Shown: positions 54,904-64,000 of the stretch, in pieces
Layout: every line of letters starts with the position of its first letter
How positions within the stretch are numbered: the first letter of the stretch is position 1
Assembly: GCA_963749495.1 (NCBI GenBank)
Contig: CAVVMW010000015.1
Span: 384,001 to 448,000, forward strand
Direction of reading: 5' to 3'
Source of the DNA: an uncultured bacterium
Lineage (GTDB): Bacteria; Verrucomicrobiota; Verrucomicrobiia; Limisphaerales; UBA8199
DNA: 64,000 nt
The notes under the pieces: model-generated
Database searches by the model: none
What the model was told of the DNA's origin: nothing
Seen by the model: the letters and a program-made list of their open reading frames with translations, nothing else
Made by a program: the position numbers and the translations under genes

Positions 54904-57720
54904 ATGAATACTCCTCAACTCGGCGTTAACCATCAACTCCTGAACCAAATCGCTCTGGCCGTCATCGCCGCACTGACACTGTTGTGCACCCAGGCAAAAG
55001 CCCAGATTGCCGTGGTTGATTCAGACTACATGACCATGAGCTACCAGGGAGGAATAACCTCCGCCGCCTTCAGCCAGCCAGCAACCGTCTCCCCGGGAGC
55101 AGGCGTGCTGGTCGTCGTGCTAGCCAACAACGGTGCTGGCCGAATCAGCGCTGAACCAACACAACTGTTTTGGCAGGGGCAGACCGTCAAGAAGGTCGTA
55201 TCGATTGATAACGTAAATTCAGTTTACGGCGACGTCACGATCTATTGCCTCTCCAAGCCCATTGCGGGCACGGGTAATATTACCGGCGCCTATGCGGCCA
55301 TCCCTACTGACAACTGGGTCTCGCTTTTCACCCTTGTCGGCGCTAGCACGGTGACTGCCCCCTTGACCGGAACGGCCAACAACGCCAATAATACAACACT
55401 CACGTTTAATGTGCCAAACATTCTGGACGGCTCTTTCGCTGTGGTGTGCGGGATCTGGTCCGAGGCCGGCGGCAGCGGTCTCGACCTCCAGGCGAGCCGT
55501 GGCGCCATGAACCCCCAGTACGACAGCACGGATGACAACACCGCCGCGGCCATGGGCACCGTGTCAGGACTCTCCGCCGGCGCGGCCTCCTTCACTTACT
55601 CGGTCAGCGCGTCTGGCGGCGCAGCTAAAATGGCCTTCGCCGGCGCCGTCTTCTACCCCGTTTCTTCGGCTCCACTATCGGCGGCGAACTCCGCCATCAC
55701 CGCCAGTCCGGCCGCCCTGCCGGCCAACGGCGCGAGCACCGCGACGATCACCGTGCAGGCGGTGGACACCAGCGGGGTGGGAATGGAGGGCAGCGCCGGG
55801 ACGGCAACCTTGCAGACGACGGCGGGCACCTTGAGCAGTGTGACCGACAATCTCGACGGCAGCTACACGGCGATTCTCACCTCCCCCACCATCACCTCCC
55901 CCAGCAGCCCTGCGACGGCCTCGATCACCGGCACCGTCAACGGCAGCGTCATTGGCCATCCCGCCAGCGTCGTGTTCACCCCACAATCCTTCAGTCCAGG
56001 TTTCCTTAAACTCGAGGTCTATCTCAATGCCCCGGGATCCACGGTCACTGATTTGCTGGCCTTTGCCAATTATCCGTCATTCCCGGACGAGGTTCACTAC
56101 GTGCCTCTGTTTGAAATTCCTCCCGCCAAATATATCCTCGGCAACTCAGGCGGCATCGCGCTGGGCGAAAGATTGAGCGGTTTCATCGTGCCTGCCGAGA
56201 CGGCCAACTATGTGTTCTACCTGAGCGCCAACGAGGCTGGACAACTCTGGCTATCCACCAACGCCGACCCGGCGGGCCTCCAATTGATCGCGCAGGGTTA
56301 CGACGATTATCCCGCGTTAACCTATGATACCAACTGTTCGGCCCCGATCCACCTCGTCGCGGGCCAACGGTATTATGTCCAAGCCGTCGAGAAATCAGAC
56401 GGTAGTGCATCGAACGGTGCAGGGGGTGAGGGTGAAGAATCGATGGCCGTCACCTGGACCAAGCAAAACGAGCCGCCTCCCGCGTACCAGACCGCTCCGA
56501 TATCGGGCCAGTTCCTGGCAACGTTCACGGATGCGGACACAACTCCGCCTGCGGCTGTGACCAATTTGGTGATCGACCCCAACACGGTAGGTGTTTCCTG
56601 GCTGTGGGCGCAATGGACTTCCCCGAGCGAACCCGGCAACACCAACCCGGTGGCCTATTATGATCTCCGCTATTCCACCCAGACCATTACCTCCAACAAT
56701 TGGGCAAGCGCCACGCCGGCAGACACGACCTTTTTCTTCGGACAGCCCGCAGGCACCGCGCAGAAGTTCAAGGTCACCGGACTCAATCAGAGCACTACCT
56801 ATCACTTTGCCATTCGCTCGACAGACGCGGCCGGCAATGTATCGGAGCTTTCCAACGTCGCAGTGGGGACGACCCTGGCGGTCAGCCTCGGCAGTTTTAA
56901 TGTGTTATGGGATCTCGAATTCAACGTTGCCGGTGCCGATCCGACCGCCGCAGGCGACTGGAGAAACCGGCCAGGCAGCCTTCCCGCCGGAACCACTTGG
57001 GCCAACATCGTGACCAACGGCTGGCTGACCTGCCTGGCCTGGAACCCGATTTTGGACACGGTGCCCAAGAATGATTTCAACTATCCGTTTATTGTCGAAG
57101 AGCGATGTCAATGTCTCGACGTGGTCGACATGAGTGGGACGGGGCTAAACGGCGCCAACTTCTTCATCAACATGGATTATCGCAGCGATGGCCAGTTCTC
57201 CAAGTTCTCCTTCGCGCTGGGATTGACCGCCGATGGCACTCAAGAGTTGAATTTTGTGAATTGGACCCCGGATACGTTTACCGCCCTCCTTCTCACCAAC
57301 TATACCGGCCTGTCGGCCGACTTCCATGTCATCCGTGTGGCAGTGGATACGGCAAACACGCAGTTCACAGTGTTCATCGATTCCACAAACATGGGGACCC
57401 TGACTTATTTCCGGGTACCCACCGCAAGTGACGTCGATGCCTATGCCACAATCCTGGGCTGGGCCGCGACTGCCCAGTTTGACTATATTCGGATTGGGAC
57501 GCCGCTGGCCCCGCCTCCCCCGCAGTTGAACATCAGCCGCACTGGCAGTAGTGTGGCTATCTCGTGGCCCACCAACGCGACCGGCTTCACGCTGCAAACG
57601 ACGGCCAGCCTCGCGCCGGCAAGCTGGAGCAACTCGGGAAACCCCGTGGTGCAAGGGGATCAGAACGTGTTCACTACCATGGCTACCAATGCCGCCCGGT
57701 TCTATCGCCTGAAGCAATGA
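54904..57720 (+). CDS. Large secreted surface protein (invasin Ig-like, PA14, FN3, C-terminal verrucomicrobial ...FYRL domain)
   Basis: Signal peptide; LPANG.ST.TITV..D...DNLDGSYTA; FYLSANE...LWLS; YDLRYS...GL...TTYHFAIRS.DAAGN.S.LSN; LNISR...ISWP..ATGFTLQ...ARFYRL. Confidence 0.9.
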   Translation: MNTPQLGVNHQLLNQIALAVIAALTLLCTQAKAQIAVVDSDYMTMSYQGGITSAAFSQPATVSPGAGVLVVVLANNGAGRISAEPTQLFWQGQTVKKVVSIDNVNSVYGDVTIYCLSKPIAGTGNITGAYAAIPTDNWVSLFTLVGASTVTAPLTGTANNANNTTLTFNVPNILDGSFAVVCGIWSEAGGSGLDLQASRGAMNPQYDSTDDNTAAAMGTVSGLSAGAASFTYSVSASGGAAKMAFAGAVFYPVSSAPLSAANSAITASPAALPANGASTATITVQAVDTSGVGMEGSAGTATLQTTAGTLSSVTDNLDGSYTAILTSPTITSPSSPATASITGTVNGSVIGHPASVVFTPQSFSPGFLKLEVYLNAPGSTVTDLLAFANYPSFPDEVHYVPLFEIPPAKYILGNSGGIALGERLSGFIVPAETANYVFYLSANEAGQLWLSTNADPAGLQLIAQGYDDYPALTYDTNCSAPIHLVAGQRYYVQAVEKSDGSASNGAGGEGEESMAVTWTKQNEPPPAYQTAPISGQFLATFTDADTTPPAAVTNLVIDPNTVGVSWLWAQWTSPSEPGNTNPVAYYDLRYSTQTITSNNWASATPADTTFFFGQPAGTAQKFKVTGLNQSTTYHFAIRSTDAAGNVSELSNVAVGTTLAVSLGSFNVLWDLEFNVAGADPTAAGDWRNRPGSLPAGTTWANIVTNGWLTCLAWNPILDTVPKNDFNYPFIVEERCQCLDVVDMSGTGLNGANFFINMDYRSDGQFSKFSFALGLTADGTQELNFVNWTPDTFTALLLTNYTGLSADFHVIRVAVDTANTQFTVFIDSTNMGTLTYFRVPTASDVDAYATILGWAATAQFDYIRIGTPLAPPPPQLNISRTGSSVAISWPTNATGFTLQTTASLAPASWSNSGNPVVQGDQNVFTTMATNAARFYRLKQ

Positions 57721-57759
57721 GCCGTCCTGCGAGTGTTCGGTAACTGGGGCGCGTGAGAT

Positions 57760-57790
57760 GAGGGTGGCAATCGTCTTGCCACCCTCCTTG
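57760..57790 (+). terminator. Hairpin after the surface-protein gene
   Basis: GAGGGTGGCAA-TCGTC-TTGCCACCCTC. Confidence 0.6.
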
Positions 57791-57802
57791 ATTTGCGGGC
57801 AA

Positions 57803-57915
57803 GCCCAAGCCCAAGCCCTTCGGCACCACCGGCTGGAGCACCAACTCTTCCGGTCTTCCGACCGCGCTGTGGACACCCCAGGTGCAGACAAGCGATGCCA
57901 GCTCTGGCGTTAGGA
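57803..57915 (+). other. Degenerate attC-like site
   Basis: Starts GCCCAAG, ends AGCTCTGGCGTTAGGA, followed by a gene fragment. Confidence 0.35.
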
Positions 57916-57939
57916 CCAATCAATTCGGGTTCAACATTA

Positions 57940-58455
57940 ACCGGGCCAGCGGCTGTGGCGGTCGTGGTCTTCTGCTGTCTCGGAGCGTCTGCAACTTCGA
58001 GTGAGGAGAAGACGCCTGCCAAGATAGACCGTCGGGTCATCTATTATGGCCATCTGCGATCCCCTCGGGCCAAGGACTTTGTTGGGTTCTTGGGCCAGCA
58101 CTTCGTCAAGGTCGGGCAGGGTAATTTAGGCGCATTTCGGGAAGCCGAAACTGCCGACTACGATGTCACCATCCTCGATTACGACGAACTGAAGGCGGTA
58201 CGCAACAATACCCACCTGCTCAACATTTGCTGCATCGGGCTGGAAGGCTTCTGGTCGGTGGTCAGAGGGTTGACGGAATCGGATCTCGGTGAAAGGTGTA
58301 ATGAGGAATGGAGCAGGCGGATGGCTAGACTGAGGGGGGCATCACGGATTGCGGAAGGACATCAAACATGGTCGAAGCCCTGTGAGCCTCCTCCCTGGTT
58401 GACGGGACCGATGACGACAACACCCGCGCCAAAGACCGAAACTGGAACGAAATGA
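57940..58455 (+). pseudogene. Chimeric gene remnant (secreted-protein fragment joined to a paralogue of 59561-59899)
   Basis: LLNICCIGLEGFWSVVRGLTESDLGERCNEEW aligns with LLRVCGIGKYGFGCVVHGLTSMDLGSRCNEEW. Confidence 0.55.
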
Positions 58456-59339
58456 CATTTATGCCAGAGCCAAAAAGCAGGCGAAAGCGAAGGACCGAGC
58501 GGCTTCTGAGAGAGGTTCTCAGCGAGCGGTTCACCTTTGAGGAGAGCGGAGCCGACCTGGAGCTGCTGAGGTCCATTCACGAGGGGACCTACGCCAACAC
58601 CAAACCAGGAGACCCCAGTTTTCACGCCTACGCCGCTGCCGTCAATGTGGCCAACGAATTCGCCGGCCAGGCCCTGGGTTTTCCGGATTTGATCCCGTTC
58701 AACAGTCAGCTCGCGGACATTCAAGAGGAATACATGCCGAGCTATCCGCCCATGAGCCCGATCACGTCAGCCTTCTTTGCAGGCTGGGTGGTTTTGGATG
58801 CGCGAGATACCTCCACCGGGATGACCCTCGGCGAATTGTTCGTCCGCTATCTCCAGCACGTGGGCAGATTCGATTACGTCCAGAAGGCCATGGCCGCGCT
58901 GAACGATTCCTTTTGCTCATTCTACGAGGTGATGGATGTTGGCACCCAGGGATTGACGCTCTGGGACACCGCCGCGAAACAGGAGGTTCGATGTCGGTGC
59001 AGCAGTGGGTATCCAGGCCGCACGGGGGAGATTTGGTACGTCCGGGTGCTGCCTCCATTTGTCGAGCGGCTCGGCCGGTCAGTGACAATGAGCACCCCAT
59101 ACGTGTTCAGGGACAGCCCTCGCAGCACATGGGAGGACTTCTTTCAGCGCCACTTGTCTTCGGGATCCGCTGCTGGCCGTCCGTTGCGAGATTATCTGAA
59201 GAACGGCAAATCGCTGGGATACTGGTTGGAGTTTCTCTCCCAGGCATTCGCGAACTATACCGGCAACATGATCCTGGTCGAGGGTGTTCCAGACGACCCT
59301 GGTTCTCTGCCACATTTTGACGCAGAGCACAAATTGTAA
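58452..59339 (+). CDS. Hypothetical protein
   Basis: 295-aa ORF with protein-like composition (YMPSYPPMSPIT, GEIWYVRVLPP, YWLEF). Confidence 0.75.
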   Translation: MTFMPEPKSRRKRRTERLLREVLSERFTFEESGADLELLRSIHEGTYANTKPGDPSFHAYAAAVNVANEFAGQALGFPDLIPFNSQLADIQEEYMPSYPPMSPITSAFFAGWVVLDARDTSTGMTLGELFVRYLQHVGRFDYVQKAMAALNDSFCSFYEVMDVGTQGLTLWDTAAKQEVRCRCSSGYPGRTGEIWYVRVLPPFVERLGRSVTMSTPYVFRDSPRSTWEDFFQRHLSSGSAAGRPLRDYLKNGKSLGYWLEFLSQAFANYTGNMILVEGVPDDPGSLPHFDAEHKL

Positions 59340-59560
59340 TGGCGACGAGCATTTGATCCATGACTCCAATCCCAGAGCGCAACCAGCAAATCCTCCAGAT
59401 GCGGAAGCAGGGGGTTCCGCGTGGAGAGGTTGCCCGCGCGTTTGGATTATCACCAGAGCGGATTTCGCAGCTTTAACGGAGAGATGAGGCCGACAAGTCG
59501 ATCGCCGAGAGACGTGCCAAACTGCGTGAGGAAATCCGGGTTGGTGATGACCCGGGGACA

Positions 59561-59899
59561 ATGTGGCGCGTGAAAGACCTGGCTGATGCGATTGGGCTGA
59601 CTGGGGCGACGAAGAACAGGCTGCTGGATCATTTTGTGGAGGAGGGGAAGAGCCAGATCAGTTTGCGGGAATTGATGGACATGTGCTTGCAAAGGCCAGT
59701 GGAGGACAGAGACTTCTCGATGGCGCCATTGTTGAGGGTCTGCGGGATTGGGAAATATGGATTTGGGTGCGTGGTGCATGGGCTGACGAGTATGGACCTG
59801 GGGAGCCGGTGCAATGAGGAATGGCGCGAGAGGCTGGTCACGGTGAAAAAGGAGGCGGGAATTACTGGAGCGACACCTGATTCATCTGCCGTTTCGTAG
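59561..59899 (+). CDS. Hypothetical protein with an RNAP alpha-CTD/HhH-like motif
   Basis: IGLTGATKNRL...SLRELM...LLRVCGIGK. Confidence 0.55.
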   Translation: MWRVKDLADAIGLTGATKNRLLDHFVEEGKSQISLRELMDMCLQRPVEDRDFSMAPLLRVCGIGKYGFGCVVHGLTSMDLGSRCNEEWRERLVTVKKEAGITGATPDSSAVS

Positions 59900-59943
59900 G
59901 GTTGCAGCCGTTCTGAGGTCTTTGTGTTGCCCATTTCCAGCGG

Positions 59944-60339
59944 TCAGAGGCGCGGTTTTCGGTTGCTTCCACCAGTGGTTTCATCAGGTGGCTTTTCCCC
60001 AGTGCTGCCATCAACGGAAAGGACACTCAGTTCGTCAGGGACTGCGTCCTTTTGCGGATGGGGATTTTCAAGCGTGGCGAGTGGCATTACCAATCGGCTC
60101 ACGAACTGCAACAAAAACTCGGTTGCAAACTTCGATTGCAACTCGAACATATCCTCGTCAAACCCGCCACCAGCAACCCGATGTCCCTCAATATCAAGGT
60201 ACAGGCTTCGCTTTTGGCCTGGATACTTGCGTTGCGCCTTTTGGAGGAGCTGCAAGAGGTTACAGGCTGTTCGGTCAAAGTCCTCGTGAGCAAGAACGTG
60301 GTAAATGGCAATTCCATCTCCACCGTGCTTCATTTTCAT
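59944..60339 (-). CDS. Hypothetical protein
   Basis: ORF with LYLDIEGHR...GGFD.DM.ELQ motif. Confidence 0.6.
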   Translation of the reverse strand: MKMKHGGDGIAIYHVLAHEDFDRTACNLLQLLQKAQRKYPGQKRSLYLDIEGHRVAGGGFDEDMFELQSKFATEFLLQFVSRLVMPLATLENPHPQKDAVPDELSVLSVDGSTGEKPPDETTGGSNRKPRL

Positions 60340-60439
60340 GATCGTCAGCCTTCCTCGCCAGCGCATTCCTCAAGGCTCCCAAAGCCACAAGCATCGTGGT
60401 CGTCTTGCTCCGCGGCAAGACAGCCCGGTTCACGCAGCT

Positions 60440-60875
60440 CGTAGCCCACTTCTCTCCCCGCTCCTGTTGTAGAAGTCTTAGGAACTCCCTCATCTCTTGG
60501 ATCATGGGCACTTGTCGAACCTCACCGGGGCGTCGGTTTTTGAGCCCCGTTTCGGGATGACCCCGGAGCATGATGGTGCCACGTTCGAAATCACAGTCAG
60601 CGCCCACGACATTTGCCGCTTCGGTTTTCCTGAACCCGCCATAAGCCATGAAGCGAACCAGGTCGGCACAATGCTTGGATTTGCCGCCACCGCCTCCTTC
60701 GATTTCGGCGACTAATCTCATCGGTCTTAAGCGAGCGCCAGATGAGCTTGCTTTTGATGCGCAAGCGGGCATAGTAAATCCCTGATGGAACATGCCGGAC
60801 AATATTTGCGCACTGAGTCGGCTGCCAGGTTTTCTCCTGGTCAACGTCCTCTGCCTGGCCATTTTGGGCTTTCAT
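60440..60875 (-). pseudogene. Tyrosine integrase remnant (internal deletion, truncated)
   Basis: N-terminal NIVRHVPSGIYYAR...IWRSLKT joined out of frame to box I ADLVRFMAYGGFRKTEA...KN...RQVPM. Confidence 0.8.
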
Positions 60876-60934
60876 GCGAGAAGTATAGTACACCAGTATA
60901 TAATTCGGCGTCAGCCATCCATTTTGCTTCAACG

Positions 60935-60947
60935 CAAGTCGTTGATA
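60935..60947 (-). promoter_or_regulatory. IHF-box consensus between the integrase remnant and the tRNA
   Basis: Minus strand TATCAACGACTTG matches WATCAANNNNTTR. Confidence 0.55.
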
Positions 60948-60958
60948 ATAAATATTGT

Positions 60959-61035
60959 GCGCCCGTAGCTCAGTTGGATAGAGCATCTGCCTTCTAAGCA
61001 GAGGGTCCTGGGTTCGAGTCCCAGCGGGCGCGCCA
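60959..61035 (+). tRNA. tRNA-Arg(TCT)
   Basis: GCGCCCGTAGCTCAGTTGGATAGAGCATCTGCCTTCTAAGCAGAGGGTCCTGGGTTCGAGTCCCAGCGGGCGCGCCA. Confidence 0.98.
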
Positions 61036-61138
61036 GCTTAATACCGGGATTTCTTGCTCATCCCCTCCTTCCATCGGAGGAGCCATTTACCCTGTTTTTA
61101 CCCTTGTCAAGATCACGCCGGCGCCGCACAATCCCCTT

Positions 61139-62354
61139 ATGGCAACCTTAAAGAAGGTCCCAGGAGAGCGCGGCCTCTACGTCAACCCGGACAGCGGCAC
61201 CTACTTCGTCCGCATCCAGACGGACGGTCGGGACACGTTTCTCTCCCTCGAGACGACCAGGAAATCCATCGCCATCAACCGGAGGGACGCCAGGCGAGCC
61301 GCAAAGGCCGCCGCGAAGCTCGGTCTCGCCTTCGAGGACCCTGACGAGGCGAAGCCCCCGCTGACGGTCGCCGAGGTAATCCGGAAATACCAGGAGGATG
61401 GATACCGCGACCGAAAGGGGCGCGTGCGCCCGGATGGGCGGCACCAGGCGGCCGAAGAGGCGCACTGCGAGACACTCCTGGAGTTCTTCGACGACGACCA
61501 GCCCGCGTCCGACCTGCGCCAGAAGATGGTCGACGATTACCACGATTGGCGCGTGGAGCGCGTGGCGACGGGCGAGGGGCACCGGACGACCGACGTTGAA
61601 CTCCAGACGCTCGCGAACGCCTTCGAGCACGCCAAGCGCAAGGAGTTGGTGAACGCCAACCCCCTCACCGGCCGGATGCGCTACCACAGCGCGAGCGGGT
61701 CGAGGCACTGCAGGGAGCTGGCGCCGGAGAACACCGACGAGTTGCACCAGATCGCGGGGCACCTCTTCGAGCACCGGCCGTCCGAGGTGCTCGGCTGGCA
61801 GGCCCTGTTCGAAGCGATGACCGGGCTACGGACGAGCGAGGCCCTCGCGCTCCGCATGGATGCCCGGTCCGACGAACCCGGCGGCCTGACGGCGGACGGA
61901 GGCTCCCTCTGCGTGCGCCGGGTCAAGAAGAGCGGCCGCGACAATCCCTACGTCCAGGTCCACGACGGCCTGCGCCAGCTCCTCGACGTGCATCGCGCCT
62001 GGCACAAGGCTCGCTATCCGGAGTCTGCCTGGTACTTCCCCGGCCGCGAGGTGGACTCGGACCGGCCCGTGGACGTGGGCGTGCTGACCAAGGCCCTGGC
62101 GCGGCTGCACCGGACGAAGAGGGTCAAGAAGAAGATCACCTCGCACGGCCTGCGGGCCTGGTACGTGCTCGTCCGCCGGAGCAACGGCATTTCCGAGACC
62201 CAGATCGCCTGGGAGATAAACCACCTCGGCGGTGTGGGCATGCTGGAGAAGGGTGTACGGCGGCGTCCCCCCGCACTGGGCGGATGGCAAGGGCCCGAAG
62301 CTCTCCTGGATGCCGAAGGGCGACCCGGCGTGGAAGAAGATCAAGCGTGGTTGA
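61139..62354 (+). CDS. Tyrosine recombinase/integrase; frameshift near 62252 just before the catalytic Tyr
   Basis: SGTYFVR...SLET, TGLRTSE, SHGLR, INH; removing one G gives EKVYGG...KRG* ending at 62354. Confidence 0.9.
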
Positions 62355-62418
62355 TCGTTTGGCGAAGCTCCGGCCAACCTGGGCTAAAGCATCCGCCTTC
62401 GGCAGCCTATAAGGAGGT

Positions 62419-63210
62419 ATGACGAAGGCTTCGCCCGTTGCTAAACCCGGTAAATCGGCTAAACCGTTGCACCCGCGCACCTTGAGGGCGATGTGGCGCA
62501 GGCGCTTCGAACTGCAGGCCCATCGCAGGGGCGGCCTGGTGTACGTCCACTCCTTAGACCTCAAGGAATCAGCCGCCGAGGGCGCGCGCCTGCGGGCCGC
62601 GGCCGAGCTTGCGCTGACAATCGCAAAGCCGCTGATCACCGAAAAGGGGCGTAGCTGGTACGAGCTCGCGGAGCTCATGGGCGAGTTTTGGGCCCAGAAT
62701 GCCGGGTGGCCGAGGGTGGACTTGCTTCAAATCTTCCGCATTCCCGCATCGTGGAATGTGGACCCCGTGAACAGGTCGAGGGTGGCGAAGCGGGCGGCTT
62801 CGCCCGTATGCGGACCCGGCGCGACTTGGGGGATATTCCGTCGGGGAACAAGACGCACCAGGTGTGTTTGCGCCAACCCGGAACAAAAACCGACTACCGT
62901 GGAGATTCATATTGGGAAGTCGGTAGCTTCGGCTGCACTGGTTGCCACGCCACAAACCTCCTGCACCCTGGCAGTAATCACATCCCTGAAGGCGCGCGCC
63001 TGGCCTTCGCCCAAGGTAGGCCAGACGGGTCACGCCTCGTCCTCCCATGTTGGATTCCGATCATTTCGAGACAGCCTACAGGCCAACGGCCTTGCCCAAA
63101 CCGGCGGGGTCCTGGCGTTCGAAGCGAAGACCCGCAAATACGAGCTCCCCGTGCGATGCCCGATGCCGGAGCCCCGATTCCGAAGAACTCCGCCAAACGA
63201 ACAGGCATGA
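62419..63210 (+). CDS. Hypothetical protein(s), possibly degraded
   Basis: ORF with an AAGGAGG Shine-Dalgarno; no family recognised. Confidence 0.4.
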   Translation: MTKASPVAKPGKSAKPLHPRTLRAMWRRRFELQAHRRGGLVYVHSLDLKESAAEGARLRAAAELALTIAKPLITEKGRSWYELAELMGEFWAQNAGWPRVDLLQIFRIPASWNVDPVNRSRVAKRAASPVCGPGATWGIFRRGTRRTRCVCANPEQKPTTVEIHIGKSVASAALVATPQTSCTLAVITSLKARAWPSPKVGQTGHASSSHVGFRSFRDSLQANGLAQTGGVLAFEAKTRKYELPVRCPMPEPRFRRTPPNEQA

Positions 63211-63422
63211 AAGCGACCGAACCAAACGCCGGCCAGTCACCAGATAAAATGGACCAGCCCTCTTTTCCGCCGCACCGGATCAGGAAGCTGCTGCTTGCCC
63301 TTAAAGTCAGCCTCGGTCGGGCTTCAGGAGCCTCTTTGAGCTTCGAGGACTGGGGCCGGTGGATAGGCCGTCCCGCTAACACACTGGCCAGTTGGTGTGG
63401 CTCAAGACTGCAGGTCTGCTGA
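63207..63422 (+). CDS. HTH-like regulator fragment
   Basis: LSFEDWGRWIGRPANTLASW. Confidence 0.4.
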   Translation: MKATEPNAGQSPDKMDQPSFPPHRIRKLLLALKVSLGRASGASLSFEDWGRWIGRPANTLASWCGSRLQVC

Positions 63423-63873
63423 AGTATGAAAACCCTGCCAGCGTCAGTCCTGCCTTCCCGAACTCCCGGACGGACCGTCGTCGGCGCAAGGCCGATTCCA
63501 CTGATGTTTTGCCGTCCTGGCGTGATTCGGGGAGTTTGATCACGCCCGCAGGATTGCCGCTGACAAGTGGTTTGCCGGCCATAGGTATTTCACGGATGAG
63601 GTTGCTGCCAGGATAGTGACAAGGCTTCCCGGAGTCGAGAGGCAGAACGGCTTTTCATTTTGCGTCCGGCGGCCGATGCCAAATGCGCTCGCCGTCCTTA
63701 TACACTTCCCTTACGCGGTGAAAGGGCACGCGATGGCTCCGGCCCTCTGTATCGATAAGCCGGAAGGCCTAAGGGTCGTTCTCAGGAAAATCCACTTCCT
63801 GAAACGGGACGACCATAACCCTGCCCTCCACGCGGTCAAAGTAGCCCAACTCGAAGTTCCCACTTGCGCATCA

Positions 63874-64000
63874 TCACCACTCTTTTCCCAGGAACCATTC
63901 ATCGGACTCCAAATCGTGCTTCAGCAGATACTCGTGGTCGTCCGTGCCGCGCACTTTGAAATAGTCGGCCCGGGGCCATTCGGGCTGGCTCTCGACCTGA
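63874..64000 (-). CDS. C-terminus of a small hypothetical protein (partial)
   Basis: ...ADYFKVRGTDDHEYLLKHDLESDEWFLGKEW*. Confidence 0.55.
   Translation of the reverse strand, partial: QVESQPEWPRADYFKVRGTDDHEYLLKHDLESDEWFLGKEW

Larger units (their letters stand above)
61036..64000. mobile_element. Left part of an integrative element at the 3' end of tRNA-Arg
   Basis: Integrase about 100 bp after the tRNA; TTTACCCT direct repeats at 61086 and 61097; attR not in the window. Confidence 0.6.

Noticed and set aside
61139..62354. Integron integrase serving the attC-like sites
   Set aside because: Has an arm-binding-type N-terminus and tRNA-adjacent position, and no IntI-specific insertion was recognised

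Overview
GC-rich bacterial chromosomal window, probably Verrucomicrobiota subdivision 3 (Pedosphaerales/Limisphaerales-like). This is an inference from the prepilin/H-X9-DG proteins, DUF2723-TPR, GYF_2 and the C-terminal ...FYRL surface-protein motif. Bases 1 to about 47 kb hold core and housekeeping genes (uppP, galK, purH, lepB, mutY, thrS, Nif3, SWIM-SNF2, two PfkB kinases, tRNA-Leu), secreted carbohydrate- and heme-related proteins, and an ATPase+TOPRIM-like gene pair. Many intergenic gaps there contain palindromic repeats: REP/REPIN-like doublets, MITEs with 7-9 bp target-site duplications, and inverted arrays of 7-, 9- and 12-mers. About 47-61 kb is a lower-GC accessory region with a TA module, gene fragments, attC-like sites and an integrase remnant. 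It ends at tRNA-Arg(UCU), which is followed by a second tyrosine integrase. About 11 genes, including essential thrS, carry frameshifts, most likely long-read indel errors. Best candidates for new biology: a leaderless Thr-Thr-Thr leader-peptide attenuator upstream of thrS; a hydrazine-synthase-like gene pair (HzsA-like plus a beta-propeller/diheme fusion) in a non-anammox host; MITEs carrying REPIN cargo; stop-codon-containing inverted heptamer arrays; and an unassigned structured leader upstream of purH. All family assignments come from motif recognition by eye; no searches were run.
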